NCBI GenBank assembly: GCA_023485845.1
Contig: JAMCZE010000004.1
Coordinates: forward strand, 1,358-65,357
Source of the DNA: Patescibacteria group bacterium
GTDB lineage: Bacteria; Patescibacteriota; Microgenomatia; JAMCZE01
Reading direction: 5' to 3'
DNA: 64,000 nt
Shown here: positions 10,546 through 20,880 of the stretch, piece after piece
How positions within the stretch are numbered: position 1 is the first letter of the stretch
How the letters are laid out: every line of letters begins with the position of its first letter
The notes under the pieces: model-generated
What the model was told of the DNA's origin: nothing
Database searches by the model: none
The model's input: the letters and a program-made list of their open reading frames with translations, nothing else
Made by a program: the position numbers and the translations under genes

Positions 10546-11645
10546 AGATTGCTTTTCTAAGTTTCTACAGCGGCCACGTTGCCCGGGGGGTGGAGACCTA
10601 CGTCCATGAACTGGCTAACCGCCTGGCGGCTAACCACCAGGTGACAGTTTGTCAAGGTGGTCCCCGACTTTCAGATGCTAGATATAACGTTAAAACAATT
10701 CCAGTTCATGTTAATTGGGAAAAAATAAACGGACTTCGCCATCTATCAACTTTAATTATTTTTGACCTTAGTTTTTCTAATATGGCTCGGCGATTCTATT
10801 TGGATTTTTGGAGCCGGGCTCAGGCCGAGTTTGCTAAAAATAGCTTGGCTGTCATAGATGCAGACACCGATATTATTGTGAGTGCTGGATCGGGCTGGGT
10901 TAGTCTGTTTGCCCGACTTTGGTGTTGGCGTCATAAAGCCAAATTAGTGATTGCCGGGCAATCAGGTCCTGGTTGGGACGATCGGATTAACCTTTTTTGT
11001 CGACCGGATGTTTTCATCGGTCTAACTGACTACCAAGTAACCTGGGCTCGACAAAATGGTTTTGGGGCCAAGGTTGTTAAAATTGCTAACGGGGTTGATT
11101 TGAAAAAATTTAATGCGAAAACCAAAAGAGCAGCACTTAACCTTCCACGGCCAATTATTCTTTGTGTTGCAGCCCTGGATCCTGGTAAAAGAGTGGGCTT
11201 AACGATTAGGGCGGTTGCAAATTTGGCCAAGGGGAGTTTGGTCGTGTTAGGGAAGGGAAACCTTAAAGAGGAACTCGATCGCTTGGCTGCTAGACTTCTT
11301 CCCGGGCGTTACCTTAATCTATTCGTCAGTCATGACCAAACCCCTTCATATTACGCTGCCTGTGACTTAGTCACTATGGTGCCTCCAAAGACTGAGTCTT
11401 TTGGTATCGTTTTTTTAGAAGCAATGGCTTCCGGTAAAGCTGTCGTTACCTCGGATGATCCTCCGCGGCGAGAAATAGTCGGGCTGGCTGGCCTCTTTGT
11501 TAATCCGGAAAGCTTGTCAAATTACACAGAGGCTTTGGAGAAAGCCTTGACCATTGATTGGGATAACATGCCTCGACACCAGGCAGAAAAATTTTCTTGG
11601 GACGAGATTGCCAAGCAGTATGAGAGTCTAATTAGAAATTTGTGA
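10542..11645 (+). CDS. GT4 glycosyltransferase
   Basis: ESFGIVFLEAMASG; paralog of the next gene. Confidence 0.9.
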   Translation: MKIAFLSFYSGHVARGVETYVHELANRLAANHQVTVCQGGPRLSDARYNVKTIPVHVNWEKINGLRHLSTLIIFDLSFSNMARRFYLDFWSRAQAEFAKNSLAVIDADTDIIVSAGSGWVSLFARLWCWRHKAKLVIAGQSGPGWDDRINLFCRPDVFIGLTDYQVTWARQNGFGAKVVKIANGVDLKKFNAKTKRAALNLPRPIILCVAALDPGKRVGLTIRAVANLAKGSLVVLGKGNLKEELDRLAARLLPGRYLNLFVSHDQTPSYYAACDLVTMVPPKTESFGIVFLEAMASGKAVVTSDDPPRREIVGLAGLFVNPESLSNYTEALEKALTIDWDNMPRHQAEKFSWDEIAKQYESLIRNL

Positions 11646-11649
11646 TTAT

Positions 11650-12663
11650 ATGAAAATCGCTTTCTTGAATTTGTATAGTGGGGTGAACAATCGGGGAGCG
11701 GAAACTTTTGCTCACGAACTTGCCAGGAGACTTGGAAAAAACCATGAAGTCAAATTCTACCGTGGCGCTGATTATAACCTAAAAGTTGTCCAATCTGAGC
11801 ATAATTCCCGAAACTTACTAAAACGCTTCTTTCTTGACGGAGCCAACTTGTCAGTTCTACAGTTTTCTTGGAAAATCTTTCCAATATTACGGCGAGAGAA
11901 ATATGACTGGGTAATTCCTATAAACGGTTTTTGGCAGGTGTTGCTGTGTAAGTTGTTGCCAAGCAAGATCCTAATTACCGGGCACTCCGGTCCCGGTTGG
12001 GATGAGCGCTGGAATCTTTATTTAAAACCGGATGTTTTTGTTGCCACCACAGAGCCGACGGAGAAATGGGCGAAAAGAACTTGTCCTTGGACAAAGATTG
12101 TGACCATTCCGTATGGCATTGATATGGGCTTGTTTGCAAAAGCAAAGCCGGTGAAAATTAATTTGCCCCGTCCGGTTATCTTGTGTGATGCCGCTGCGGT
12201 TGAATATAAGCGAATTGATCTGGCGATTAAGGCGGTGGCCAAGTTGAAAAAAGCCAGCCTGCTGCATCTTGGCGCTGGTCCATTATTACCAAGCATTCAA
12301 GCTTTAGGGCGAGGACTTCTCGGCAATCGCTTCTTTAGCACGGCCGTCGCCTATAAAGAGATTCCAAACTATTTTGCCGCTTGTGATGTGGTGACACTTC
12401 CCTCCATGTCCCAAGAGAATTCACCAATAGTCTTTCTTGAGGCAATGGCAGCGGGAAAACCGGTGGTGACGACGGATGCTCCCCGGTCACGTTGGACCTT
12501 GGGACCAGCCGCTCTCTACGTTGACCCGCGAAATCTTGACGAATATGCCCAGGCATTGGTGAAGAGCGAGAAACTTGATAGGGAACTTATTGCTAGTCAG
12601 GCACAGAAGTTTTCCTGGGACAAAATCGCAGCCCAATATGAAAATCTCATTGAGTCAAATTAA
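11650..12663 (+). CDS. GT4 glycosyltransferase
   Basis: ENSPIVFLEAMAAG; shares MKIAFL..YSG and SGPGWD with the preceding gene. Confidence 0.9.
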   Translation: MKIAFLNLYSGVNNRGAETFAHELARRLGKNHEVKFYRGADYNLKVVQSEHNSRNLLKRFFLDGANLSVLQFSWKIFPILRREKYDWVIPINGFWQVLLCKLLPSKILITGHSGPGWDERWNLYLKPDVFVATTEPTEKWAKRTCPWTKIVTIPYGIDMGLFAKAKPVKINLPRPVILCDAAAVEYKRIDLAIKAVAKLKKASLLHLGAGPLLPSIQALGRGLLGNRFFSTAVAYKEIPNYFAACDVVTLPSMSQENSPIVFLEAMAAGKPVVTTDAPRSRWTLGPAALYVDPRNLDEYAQALVKSEKLDRELIASQAQKFSWDKIAAQYENLIESN

Positions 12664-13579
12664 AATATCAGTTGTGATCCCGACTTATAACGAAGAGAAG
12701 GTCATCGGTAATTGTTTGGCCAGTTTGGCAAAACAAACGGTGGTTAAGGACATGGAGATTATCGTCGTTGATGACGGATCATCGGACACCTCGGTGTCCG
12801 TAATTTCGAATTTCGAATTTCGAATTTCGAATTTGGTTTTGCTAAAGCAAAACCATATGGGTCCCGGGGCAGCAAGAAATCTGGGGGCCGGCAAAGCAAA
12901 AGGGGACATCCTGGTTTTTGTCGACGCGGACATGGAGTTTGCATCGGATTTTGTTGAAAAACTTGTTGCCCCAATTACTGCTGGGAAAACAATTGGAACT
13001 TATAGCGAAGATGAGTTTCTTCTAAACAAGAGCCAACCATTAGCGCGTTGTTGGAATTGGAATTTTGGCCGGAGCGCAAACAAAATGGAGCCACGCGGCT
13101 ATGCTGCAAAACCATCGGGGATATACAAATTTGGAAAAGATGTCCTGGAGAAAATTGAGGGAGTTAAAGCCAGAGAAGAAAAAAATCAAGTTTTCCGGGC
13201 GATACTAAAAAGTTCATTTCAAGAAGCGGGAGGGTTCGATTCTAAATTGGGTTATATTGATGATTGGAGTGTTTCACAAAAATTGGGAAAGTTTCCAGAA
13301 TTGGCGAAGGGGGCGATTTATTATCATCGAAGTCCGGATAATCTTCCGGAAATTTGGAGGCAAGCGAGATGGTTCGGGAAAAATTATTTCTTGACAAAAA
13401 ATCTGGTTCGCAAGCTTTACAATTTATTTCGTTATTGCCCTATTCTGGCTCCCATTAAGGGAATATATGGAGCAGTCAAGTTTAAGGAGATAAGTTTTAT
13501 TTATTTTAAAGTAGTTTTTGACTCGGCGGTCTTCACAAGCGTGCTCTTGTCGTTTTTGAGTGAGCAAAAATATAAGTAG
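12638..13579 (+). CDS. GT2 glycosyltransferase
   Basis: SVVIPTYNEE, VDDGSSD, FVDAD. Confidence 0.9.
   Translation: MKISLSQIKISVVIPTYNEEKVIGNCLASLAKQTVVKDMEIIVVDDGSSDTSVSVISNFEFRISNLVLLKQNHMGPGAARNLGAGKAKGDILVFVDADMEFASDFVEKLVAPITAGKTIGTYSEDEFLLNKSQPLARCWNWNFGRSANKMEPRGYAAKPSGIYKFGKDVLEKIEGVKAREEKNQVFRAILKSSFQEAGGFDSKLGYIDDWSVSQKLGKFPELAKGAIYYHRSPDNLPEIWRQARWFGKNYFLTKNLVRKLYNLFRYCPILAPIKGIYGAVKFKEISFIYFKVVFDSAVFTSVLLSFLSEQKYK
12783..12834. repeat. Palindrome plus heptamer tandem array inside GT2 CDS
   Basis: CGGACAC-CTCG-GTGTCCG (12783-12800) followed by (AATTTCG)x4 + AATTT (12802-12834). Confidence 0.85.
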
Positions 13580-13580
13580 G

Positions 13581-14153
13581 ATGCCTACAAAAAAGTATTA
13601 TTGTTTTGTTGATGAGACCGGCCAAGACACGGGAGGCAAGATATATATTGTTTCAGTTGTTGTGCCAGAAGATAGAAATGGTTTAGAAAGATTTACCATC
13701 GAAGCGGAAAAACAAAGCGGTAAGGGTGTGTTCAAATGGGGCAGATCCGATCCAGTTAAAAGATTGAGATATTTGGAGACGGTTTTTAGTCAGAAAAAGC
13801 ATCCGTTTGTCGCTTACTATTCATCGTATTTCGACACAAGGGACTATCGTAATTCCACCATTTTAACTATTGCTAAAGCTCTGACAAGTTTTGGAGTAAA
13901 TAATAAACGTGAGTTCACTGTTTTGGTTGATGCTTTAAGCAGAAAAGACCAACGATATTTTGGTCACCAGTTGCATGAGCTTGCATTCCACATCCACAAG
14001 GTTAGGGGCGTACGTAAGGATGAGAATGATTCTCTGATTCGTTTTGCCGATAACATCTGCGGATTTGTCCGGGATGCTACAGAAGACAAGGGTGGGGATA
14101 TGGCCAAATTAATGAAAAAGTTTGCTGTAGAAGGTATGTTAGTTGAGGTTTGA
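13581..14153 (+). CDS. DUF3800-like (RNase H-fold) protein
   Basis: N-terminal FVDETG, central VLVD and C-terminal LIRFADNICG acidic motifs typical of DUF3800. Confidence 0.7.
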   Translation: MPTKKYYCFVDETGQDTGGKIYIVSVVVPEDRNGLERFTIEAEKQSGKGVFKWGRSDPVKRLRYLETVFSQKKHPFVAYYSSYFDTRDYRNSTILTIAKALTSFGVNNKREFTVLVDALSRKDQRYFGHQLHELAFHIHKVRGVRKDENDSLIRFADNICGFVRDATEDKGGDMAKLMKKFAVEGMLVEV

Positions 14154-14154
14154 C

Positions 14155-14245
14155 AAAATAAAACCCCCGTGGTTAGGGGGAATAGCCTAGATGAAATTTG
14201 CATTTCACCAACTTGCCTATACGACCAGCTTTCGGCTAATGTTTG
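14155..14245 (-). ncRNA. Putative small structured RNA convergent on the DUF3800 gene
   Basis: Own promoter; hairpin GGTGAAAT-GCAA-ATTTCATC; terminator CCCCC-N7-GGGGG + TTTTATTTT on the minus strand. Confidence 0.65.
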
Positions 14246-14250
14246 ATGTG

Positions 14251-14279
14251 ATTGTATCATGTCAATAATAATTTGTCAA
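14251..14279 (-). promoter_or_regulatory. Sigma70 promoter driving the small RNA
   Basis: TTGACA (14279-14274), 17 nt, TACAAT (14256-14251) with TG extension. Confidence 0.75.
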
Positions 14280-14281
14280 TC

Positions 14282-15517
14282 ATGATTGTTGTTATTTTAG
14301 TTATCGGCTTTCTTTTTCGGTTAATTAATCTCAACCAGTCGCTTTGGTTGGATGAGGCTATCAGCGTCTTGGCCGTTAAGAATAATTCTTTCTGGCAACT
14401 GGTTACCCAATTTGCTCCGGGGGATTTTCACCCGCCGCTTTATTATTTAATTCTTAAATTTTGGGATAGCTTTTTTGGCTACGGAGAAATTTCCAGCCGA
14501 TTTCTCTCGGTGGTTTTTGGCACCATGGCCGTTGCCTTCGTTTATTTGATTGGCAAGAGACTTTTTAGCAAGAAAGTTGGTCTAGTTGCCGCGCTCTTTC
14601 TGTCCGTGAACCCGCTGGCGGTTTACTATTCCCAGGAAGCCCGGATGTATGCTTTGGTCATGCTGGCAGTCACGGCGGCAGTGTATTTTTTTGTCAGCAA
14701 ACGTCGCTGGTGGTTTACTTTGGCTTTTCTGGTTGCTCTCTACGCCGATTATCTTCCCTGGCTGTTAATCCCGGTTTTTCTTCCGGACAGTCTCTTGGTT
14801 TTAGCCTTTACCCTGCCCTGGCTGCCGTTTCTTTGGGGACAGCTGCGAATCGGGACGGCCGTTAACCCCGCCTGGGCGCAAATTCTGGGACAATTCAGCC
14901 TTAAAGCGGTTCTGTTGGTGCCGGTTAAATTCATTTTTGGCCGCATCCCCACCCAGATTATTTTTTCTATTCCCGTCTTGGTATATTTTTGGCTCATGCA
15001 CCGCGTTAGGAATAAATTGCTTTGGGCTTGGCTGTTGGCGCCATTGATTCTTGGGTTAATTATCTCCCTGAAGATTCCCGTCTTTAGCTATTTTCGGTTT
15101 CTGTTTGTTTTGCCGGCTTTTATTTTGTTGTTGGCAGCCGGAACCCAGAAGCATCGTTGGGCCGTGCCGTTGGTGGTGACGGTGAGCGTGGTTTGCCTAG
15201 TGGTTTTTAATTTTGACTCGCGGTTTTGGCGGGAAGACTGGAGGGGGGCGGTGGCTTATATGAAAGGGGAGTTGGGGATTGTTTTGATGCCCAGCCTGGC
15301 CCAAGATGCCCCGATTAGATATTACAACCCGGCCCAACCGGTTTTTGACCGAAGCGATCTGGTTCTGAGCGGCCAGTCACCGGTGTATTTGTTGCGTTAT
15401 GTTCAGGAAATTTTTGACCCCCAGGACCAGGAAAGGACGGCCCTGGAATCTGCCGGCTATAAAAAAACCAGTGAAAAAGATTTCAACGGCGTGGTAATCT
15501 GGAAGTATCAACAATGA
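14282..15517 (+). CDS. ArnT/PMT-like GT-C glycosyltransferase
   Basis: SLWLDEA, DFHPPLYY, YSQEARMY motifs. Confidence 0.85.
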   Translation: MIVVILVIGFLFRLINLNQSLWLDEAISVLAVKNNSFWQLVTQFAPGDFHPPLYYLILKFWDSFFGYGEISSRFLSVVFGTMAVAFVYLIGKRLFSKKVGLVAALFLSVNPLAVYYSQEARMYALVMLAVTAAVYFFVSKRRWWFTLAFLVALYADYLPWLLIPVFLPDSLLVLAFTLPWLPFLWGQLRIGTAVNPAWAQILGQFSLKAVLLVPVKFIFGRIPTQIIFSIPVLVYFWLMHRVRNKLLWAWLLAPLILGLIISLKIPVFSYFRFLFVLPAFILLLAAGTQKHRWAVPLVVTVSVVCLVVFNFDSRFWREDWRGAVAYMKGELGIVLMPSLAQDAPIRYYNPAQPVFDRSDLVLSGQSPVYLLRYVQEIFDPQDQERTALESAGYKKTSEKDFNGVVIWKYQQ

Positions 15518-16542
15518 AGATCGGTATTGACATTAGCCAAGTTGCTTATCCCGGAACCGGGGTGGCCACCTACACCAAAAATTTGGTGGAAAATCTGCTG
15601 CAAATTGATAAAAAAAATAACTATGTCCTTTTTGCCGGAACACTGCGCCAGCGAAAAATCTTCAACCTGTCAGGGTGGAACCCTGACATCTGGCCGCTAC
15701 CGCCGACCGTTCTAGATTTTTTGTGGAACCGGCTTCATGTGCTGCCGGTGGAGAATTTGATCGGCAACGTTGACGTGTTTCACTCCAGTGACTGGACCAT
15801 GCCGCCGACGAAAGCAAAGAAAGTGACGACCATCTTCGACATGGTTGTCTATAAATATCCCCAAACGTCACATCCCAAAATTATTGCTACTCAAAAACGG
15901 CGGTTGGCCTGGGTCAAGAAAGAAGCGGACGCGATCATCACCATTTCCGAAGCTTCCAAAAAAGACATTGTGGAAATTTTAGGAGTGGCTCCGGAGAAAG
16001 TTAAAGTCATTTATCTGGCGGCGGGAGAGGAATTTAAGCCGGCTGGACCGAAGTTTTCCCATCCCAAACCTTATCTCTTGGCAGTGGGGACTCAGGAGCC
16101 GCGAAAAAATCTTGTTAATCTGATTGCGGCTTACAAAAAGTTGTCAACAAAAGATTTGGATTTAATCATTGTGGGGAAACATGGTTGGGGGCAAGACGCT
16201 CCTGTTGCTGGGGTCATTAATCTTGGCTACGTTGCCCCGGGAAAGCTGCCTGATCTTTATCGCGGGGCAAAATGTTTTGTTTACCCCAGTCTTTATGAGG
16301 GTTTTGGGGTGCCGGTTCTGGAAGCCATGGCTTGCGGTTGTCCGGTGGTCACCTCCAATGTCGGCAGTTTGCCGGAAGTGGGCGGGGACGGTGCCACTTA
16401 TGTTGACCCGCTTAATGTTACCGATATAGCGGATAAACTTGCTCATGTTAAAAGAACCGGCAGAGAGATGGCTCAGGCTAAAAAGTTTTCTTGGGAAAAG
16501 ACCGCCCGGGAAACCCTGAAAGTTTATGAAGCACTGGCTTAG
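15514..16542 (+). CDS. GT4 glycosyltransferase (mannosyltransferase-like)
   Basis: [24 protein letters not shown]. Confidence 0.92.
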   Translation: MKIGIDISQVAYPGTGVATYTKNLVENLLQIDKKNNYVLFAGTLRQRKIFNLSGWNPDIWPLPPTVLDFLWNRLHVLPVENLIGNVDVFHSSDWTMPPTKAKKVTTIFDMVVYKYPQTSHPKIIATQKRRLAWVKKEADAIITISEASKKDIVEILGVAPEKVKVIYLAAGEEFKPAGPKFSHPKPYLLAVGTQEPRKNLVNLIAAYKKLSTKDLDLIIVGKHGWGQDAPVAGVINLGYVAPGKLPDLYRGAKCFVYPSLYEGFGVPVLEAMACGCPVVTSNVGSLPEVGGDGATYVDPLNVTDIADKLAHVKRTGREMAQAKKFSWEKTARETLKVYEALA

Positions 16543-17557
16543 TGTTTTGCCGATTATTCTGCTGACGGCATTTGTTTACCGCGCCTCTTTTACTGCCCCG
16601 TTTTTTCAGGATGACAAAATTCTTCTTAATTTGGCAACCGGCGGTAATCTCTTTGCCCCGATTCCTAATTTTCCCTACCGTCCGATTTCTCAGGCCCTGT
16701 TCTATAAAATTTGTTTTTTCTTTTTTGGCTTAAACCCACTTGGCTATCATTTGGCGCTATTTGCTTTCTTTGTCGGCACCGTGATTTTAGTTTTTTTGCT
16801 GGCGCAGCGATTTTTGGATTCTTGGACGCGGGCTTGGTTGGTTGCTTTTTTTTATGCCCTTAATGTTTCTCTGTTTGCTAACTTTTTCTGGATTGCCACT
16901 TCTTATTTCTCAATCGGGGGCTTCTTCTTTTTCCTGACGATTTGGCTCTATTTCCAGAAAAATGCTTGGCCGGCTTTGGTCTCTTTTATTCTGGCATTGG
17001 GAAGTAATGAAATTGCTTTTGTTCTGCCGTTAATTCTGATTATTGCCAGCTGGTTTCAGAACTACTGGCCAAAAAAGTTAGGTTTGTTTGTGGGCTTGCT
17101 CCCAATTTTTTTGGGGTTACGTCTTCTAGTTGGTTTGCCAACGGCCGGTGACTATTCTGTCGGCCTTAATTTTTTGTCCCCGCTGCGCTGGTATAGTTTG
17201 CGGGCCTTTAATCTTCCTGAAGGGGTAGATCGGGCCGGGCCGGTTTTTTATTTATTGTTTGTCGCTTTGCTAGCGATGTTATTGGTTTCTCTTAAGAATC
17301 GTCGATTGCTAATTTTTGGAGCCGGCTTCTTTTTGGTTGGGGCCCTGCCCTTTTTCTTCCTTCCGGCTCACATGTCGTCATACTATTTAACGATTGCTCT
17401 TTTTGGACCGGCATTGATCTTCGGTGGCCTGGTGCGGGCAAAGTTAGTGTCACTTTTTGTCGGTGTTTATTTGCTACTGACTATTTTTGGATTGGATTTT
17501 CTCTCTCGCACCCACTGGATTATTCTCAAAAACACTGGTCCCATCGGCCAATTCTAG
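16526..17557 (+). CDS. GT-C-like multi-pass membrane protein
   Basis: FFQDD, YRP, SNE motifs; multi-TM. Confidence 0.6.
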   Translation: MKHWLSVLPIILLTAFVYRASFTAPFFQDDKILLNLATGGNLFAPIPNFPYRPISQALFYKICFFFFGLNPLGYHLALFAFFVGTVILVFLLAQRFLDSWTRAWLVAFFYALNVSLFANFFWIATSYFSIGGFFFFLTIWLYFQKNAWPALVSFILALGSNEIAFVLPLILIIASWFQNYWPKKLGLFVGLLPIFLGLRLLVGLPTAGDYSVGLNFLSPLRWYSLRAFNLPEGVDRAGPVFYLLFVALLAMLLVSLKNRRLLIFGAGFFLVGALPFFFLPAHMSSYYLTIALFGPALIFGGLVRAKLVSLFVGVYLLLTIFGLDFLSRTHWIILKNTGPIGQF

Positions 17558-18739
17558 AATTTGGCGGTAGTTGGCCGCAATATACGCTTCTAAATATTTT
17601 GGCTGATAACAAATGCCTTTTGATTGCTGGCAGGGATTATAAACAATAAAGCGGGGCAGTCGGTCCTTCAACCCGGTAAGAATTCTCTCCTGATTGCTGG
17701 GGTAATCCATCGTCCAAGGAGTGGAGGGAACGAAAAAATCACTGGCCGGCAAAGTGTTTGTTAAGAAATAAAGGTGGTCCCAGGTGTTTATGATCAGGAT
17801 CTTTTCTCCGGCAGGAACTACTTTTTGGATTTGCGAAGCGATATCCAGGGTGGCCGGGTCCATAAAGCGAACCGGGAGATTATGGCTAGTAATCACCAGC
17901 CGCAGGAAGATGATTAGCATAGGAAGATAGAAAATAAAGGCGAGGGGTAAAGAAGTAAATAACATGGCGACCAAAGGCAAGGCCGGTTGGAGATGAAAAT
18001 ATTCAAACCGGGTGAAAATTCCCAGGGCAGCACCAATGGCCAGAAGTCCTAATTGACGTTGTTTCTTAAGCAAAAGGGCAAAAAATGCCGGAGCCATGAC
18101 CGATAGAGTAATTAGCGACTGGCTAATGGTCGGCCATTGGATTTGTAGGGGATAACGGGCGTGGAAAGTCAGAGTGTATTTAACGGCGCTGTCAAAAAGG
18201 GGTGGCCAGGCAAGAACTAGCAAGGCTGGCAGGATGCCAAGGACCATGGTGGGGCGGCGGTGAAAAAGAAGAAAAATGACAATAAAATAGATAGCCGTCT
18301 GCTTAGTTAAAAACGCCAGTCCCAAAATTACTCCGGCTATAAGGAATTTTTTGTTTTGGGTGGCAAGTATGGCGGCTAGAAATAGCGGGGCTAGCAGTTG
18401 GTCCACCCAAGCCCCGTTGCCGCCGAAAAGAATTTGTAAAGGGACATAAATTAAGACCGGCAGGAGCTTTTTTCCAGCCGTCAGCCATAATAATAAATCA
18501 GTGATAATTACGATTGCATAGGAAAAAATTCGCAGTGATAGAACAGAGATGCCGGTAAAGGAGTAGAAAGTGCTTAACAGTTTCCAATAAAGCGGGGTGT
18601 AGATTAAGAAGATGTTTTGGTAATATTCAAAACCGTGGAGATTAAGATAAGGCCAGACCAAATTCTCCGGCCAGGCTGTAAACTGAAGTTGGGAAAGGAG
18701 TACAATGTGAATGACAATGAGAAAGAAGATCTTCTTCAT
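17474..18739 (-). CDS. GT-C-like multi-pass membrane protein (opposite strand)
   Basis: 421 aa hydrophobic ORF; YTPL, LTKQT, LYFLT motifs. Confidence 0.7.
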   Translation of the reverse strand: MKKIFFLIVIHIVLLSQLQFTAWPENLVWPYLNLHGFEYYQNIFLIYTPLYWKLLSTFYSFTGISVLSLRIFSYAIVIITDLLLWLTAGKKLLPVLIYVPLQILFGGNGAWVDQLLAPLFLAAILATQNKKFLIAGVILGLAFLTKQTAIYFIVIFLLFHRRPTMVLGILPALLVLAWPPLFDSAVKYTLTFHARYPLQIQWPTISQSLITLSVMAPAFFALLLKKQRQLGLLAIGAALGIFTRFEYFHLQPALPLVAMLFTSLPLAFIFYLPMLIIFLRLVITSHNLPVRFMDPATLDIASQIQKVVPAGEKILIINTWDHLYFLTNTLPASDFFVPSTPWTMDYPSNQERILTGLKDRLPRFIVYNPCQQSKGICYQPKYLEAYIAANYRQILELADGTSVFENNPVGAREKIQSKNSQ

Positions 18740-19838
18740 TTTTTTGATTCTTCTATTATCTTTAGCACTTCGGCTCTACCGCTTCAATGATTTGTCGTCT
18801 TTTGGTTTTGACCAGGCACGGGATGCGGGAATTGAACGGCAGATGATTCTTACCGGCAAGCCGACATTGTTGGGTCCGCAGACGCTAATCGGCGATAAAA
18901 CCATCTATTTTGGGCCGTGGCACTATTATTTAATGGCCCCGGCGTTATGGCTGGCACATTTTGATCCTGTCGGTCCGGATTTATGGACTGTAGTTCTCGG
19001 GGTGGCCACCACGGCCGTTATTTTTGCCATCTCTGGCAGTGCTCTGGCAGCGCTTTTTTACGCAGTTTTTCCCCTAGCAGTGATTTATAACCGTTTTGCC
19101 TGGAATCCGAACACGGTTCCCCTTTTTTGTGCCTTAGCATTGCTTTTTTTTAGCCGGAAGCGCGATTTTTTGGCCGGTTTGTTCTTCGGACTAGCGGTCC
19201 AGCTGCATCCGACGGCCCTGCTCTTGGTTTTGTTTTTTTTGCGCCGATTCCGATGGCCGATTATTCTTGGTGCTTTGGTGGGCTTAAGTCCAATTATTGT
19301 TTTTGATTTTCGCCACCAGTTCCTTTATCTCCATGGTTATCTCAGCCTCTTCTCGGCTAATTGGGCCTATCGGGGATTCAACTGGCACTATTTCCTGTGG
19401 CTTTTGCCGGGATTATCTCTTTGGGTTGGTTCACTCAAGCCAAAACTGGCAGCCATAATAATTTTTTTGGCTTTTGCCGGGACGGTATTTTATTTAGCAT
19501 CCCAGCCGGCAGTTTTTGCCACTAGTCCGGCAACAATCAAGAAAGTAAGCAGCCTGATTGTCTCCGATCAAGATAATTCGGCGCTGCCATTTGATGTGGC
19601 CTCATTTTCTGACGCTGACACTCGGGCCACTGCCTATCGTTATTTTTTGGATCTGGCCGGCCTGACACCGTTGGGCGTTGGCGAATATTCGGTGGCTGAC
19701 CACATTTATGTCACCAGTTTTGCCGGACCAGAAAATGTTCTCTATAATAAGACTTACGAAGTGGCGTCGTTTTCACCGAAAAAAATTATCCGGATCGGGC
19801 AGGAGGGTAATTTATTTTTGTACCGGTTAGAAAAATAA
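18717..19838 (+). CDS. ArnT/PMT-like GT-C glycosyltransferase
   Basis: FGFDQARD, GPWHYYL, WNPN, QLH motifs. Confidence 0.8.
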   Translation: MRKKIFFIFLILLLSLALRLYRFNDLSSFGFDQARDAGIERQMILTGKPTLLGPQTLIGDKTIYFGPWHYYLMAPALWLAHFDPVGPDLWTVVLGVATTAVIFAISGSALAALFYAVFPLAVIYNRFAWNPNTVPLFCALALLFFSRKRDFLAGLFFGLAVQLHPTALLLVLFFLRRFRWPIILGALVGLSPIIVFDFRHQFLYLHGYLSLFSANWAYRGFNWHYFLWLLPGLSLWVGSLKPKLAAIIIFLAFAGTVFYLASQPAVFATSPATIKKVSSLIVSDQDNSALPFDVASFSDADTRATAYRYFLDLAGLTPLGVGEYSVADHIYVTSFAGPENVLYNKTYEVASFSPKKIIRIGQEGNLFLYRLEK

Positions 19839-19839
19839 T

Positions 19840-20880
19840 ATGCAAATCGGCATTAATGGATTTGAAGCGAACGTAGCCCATCGGGTGGGGGCGGGTCAGT
19901 ATGCTTACGAACTCCTCCGGCATCTGCCCCGATCTCGGGTTTATTTGCCCTCTGCTCCTTTGGCCGACATGCCGGCGATGGACTACAAGATTGTTCCCGG
20001 AAACAAACTATGGACGTTAACCAGTTTGCAAAAGCAACTGCTTCTGGACCGTGATCTGGACGTTTTTTTCACTCCTGGCCACTACGCGCCCTTGTTTGTA
20101 CCAGTGCCCTCGGTGATTGCTATCATGGATTTGGCTTTTGAGAAATTCCCCCAATTTTTTAAGAAGAGCGACCTTTACCAGCTGAAATATTGGACGCGTT
20201 ATTGTGCCGGCCAGGCAAAAAAAATCCTGACGATTTCCGAGTCGACAAAAAAGGATATTTGCGAAATCTACGGTCAGCCGTCGGACAAAGTTGTGGTCGC
20301 CTATCCCGGCTATGATAAAAAGCGTTTTAATTCAAAGGTTAAGCCAAGCAAAAAATATGGTGATTATCTCTTATTTTTAGGCACTCTTCAGCCGCGCAAA
20401 AACATCGAGCGATTAATCGAGGCCTTCTATCAGCTACCAGGTTCAAGCTTAAAGCTTGTCATCGTGGGAATGCGCGACGAAGGCCGCGGCGGGTGGCTAA
20501 ACGACAAAATCCGGGCATCAGATCGGGTTATCCTGACCGGTTATCTGCCGGATGACCAACTGCCGGGTTTGTATGCCGGAGCGAAGGCTTATGTTTTGCC
20601 CAGCCTTTATGAGGGTTTTGGCATCCCGGTGCTGGAAGCGATGGCTTGTGGCACGCCGGTGCTTGTCTCCCGGGTTTCCTCTTTGCCGGAGGCTTGCGAA
20701 GAAGCGGCGATTTATATAGAGGATCCTTATCGTGTGGATTCAATTAGGGCCGGGTTGGAAGAAGTTTTGGCCGTCGGCGATAAAAAAGTTAAACTAGGTT
20801 TAGAACAAGTAAAACGGTATAATTGGGAAGATACCGCTAAAAAGACGCTGGAGGTGCTTTATGAAGTGGCTAAAAAATAA
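19840..20880 (+). CDS. GT4 glycosyltransferase
   Basis: [26 protein letters not shown]. Confidence 0.92.
   Translation: MQIGINGFEANVAHRVGAGQYAYELLRHLPRSRVYLPSAPLADMPAMDYKIVPGNKLWTLTSLQKQLLLDRDLDVFFTPGHYAPLFVPVPSVIAIMDLAFEKFPQFFKKSDLYQLKYWTRYCAGQAKKILTISESTKKDICEIYGQPSDKVVVAYPGYDKKRFNSKVKPSKKYGDYLLFLGTLQPRKNIERLIEAFYQLPGSSLKLVIVGMRDEGRGGWLNDKIRASDRVILTGYLPDDQLPGLYAGAKAYVLPSLYEGFGIPVLEAMACGTPVLVSRVSSLPEACEEAAIYIEDPYRVDSIRAGLEEVLAVGDKKVKLGLEQVKRYNWEDTAKKTLEVLYEVAKK

Noticed and set aside
14252-14281. N-terminal extensions MYHVNNNLSI (14252) and MCQDQDDK (22036) in the ORF track
   Set aside because: They use alternative start codons inside the antisense promoters; the ATGs at 14282 and 22060 fit better.
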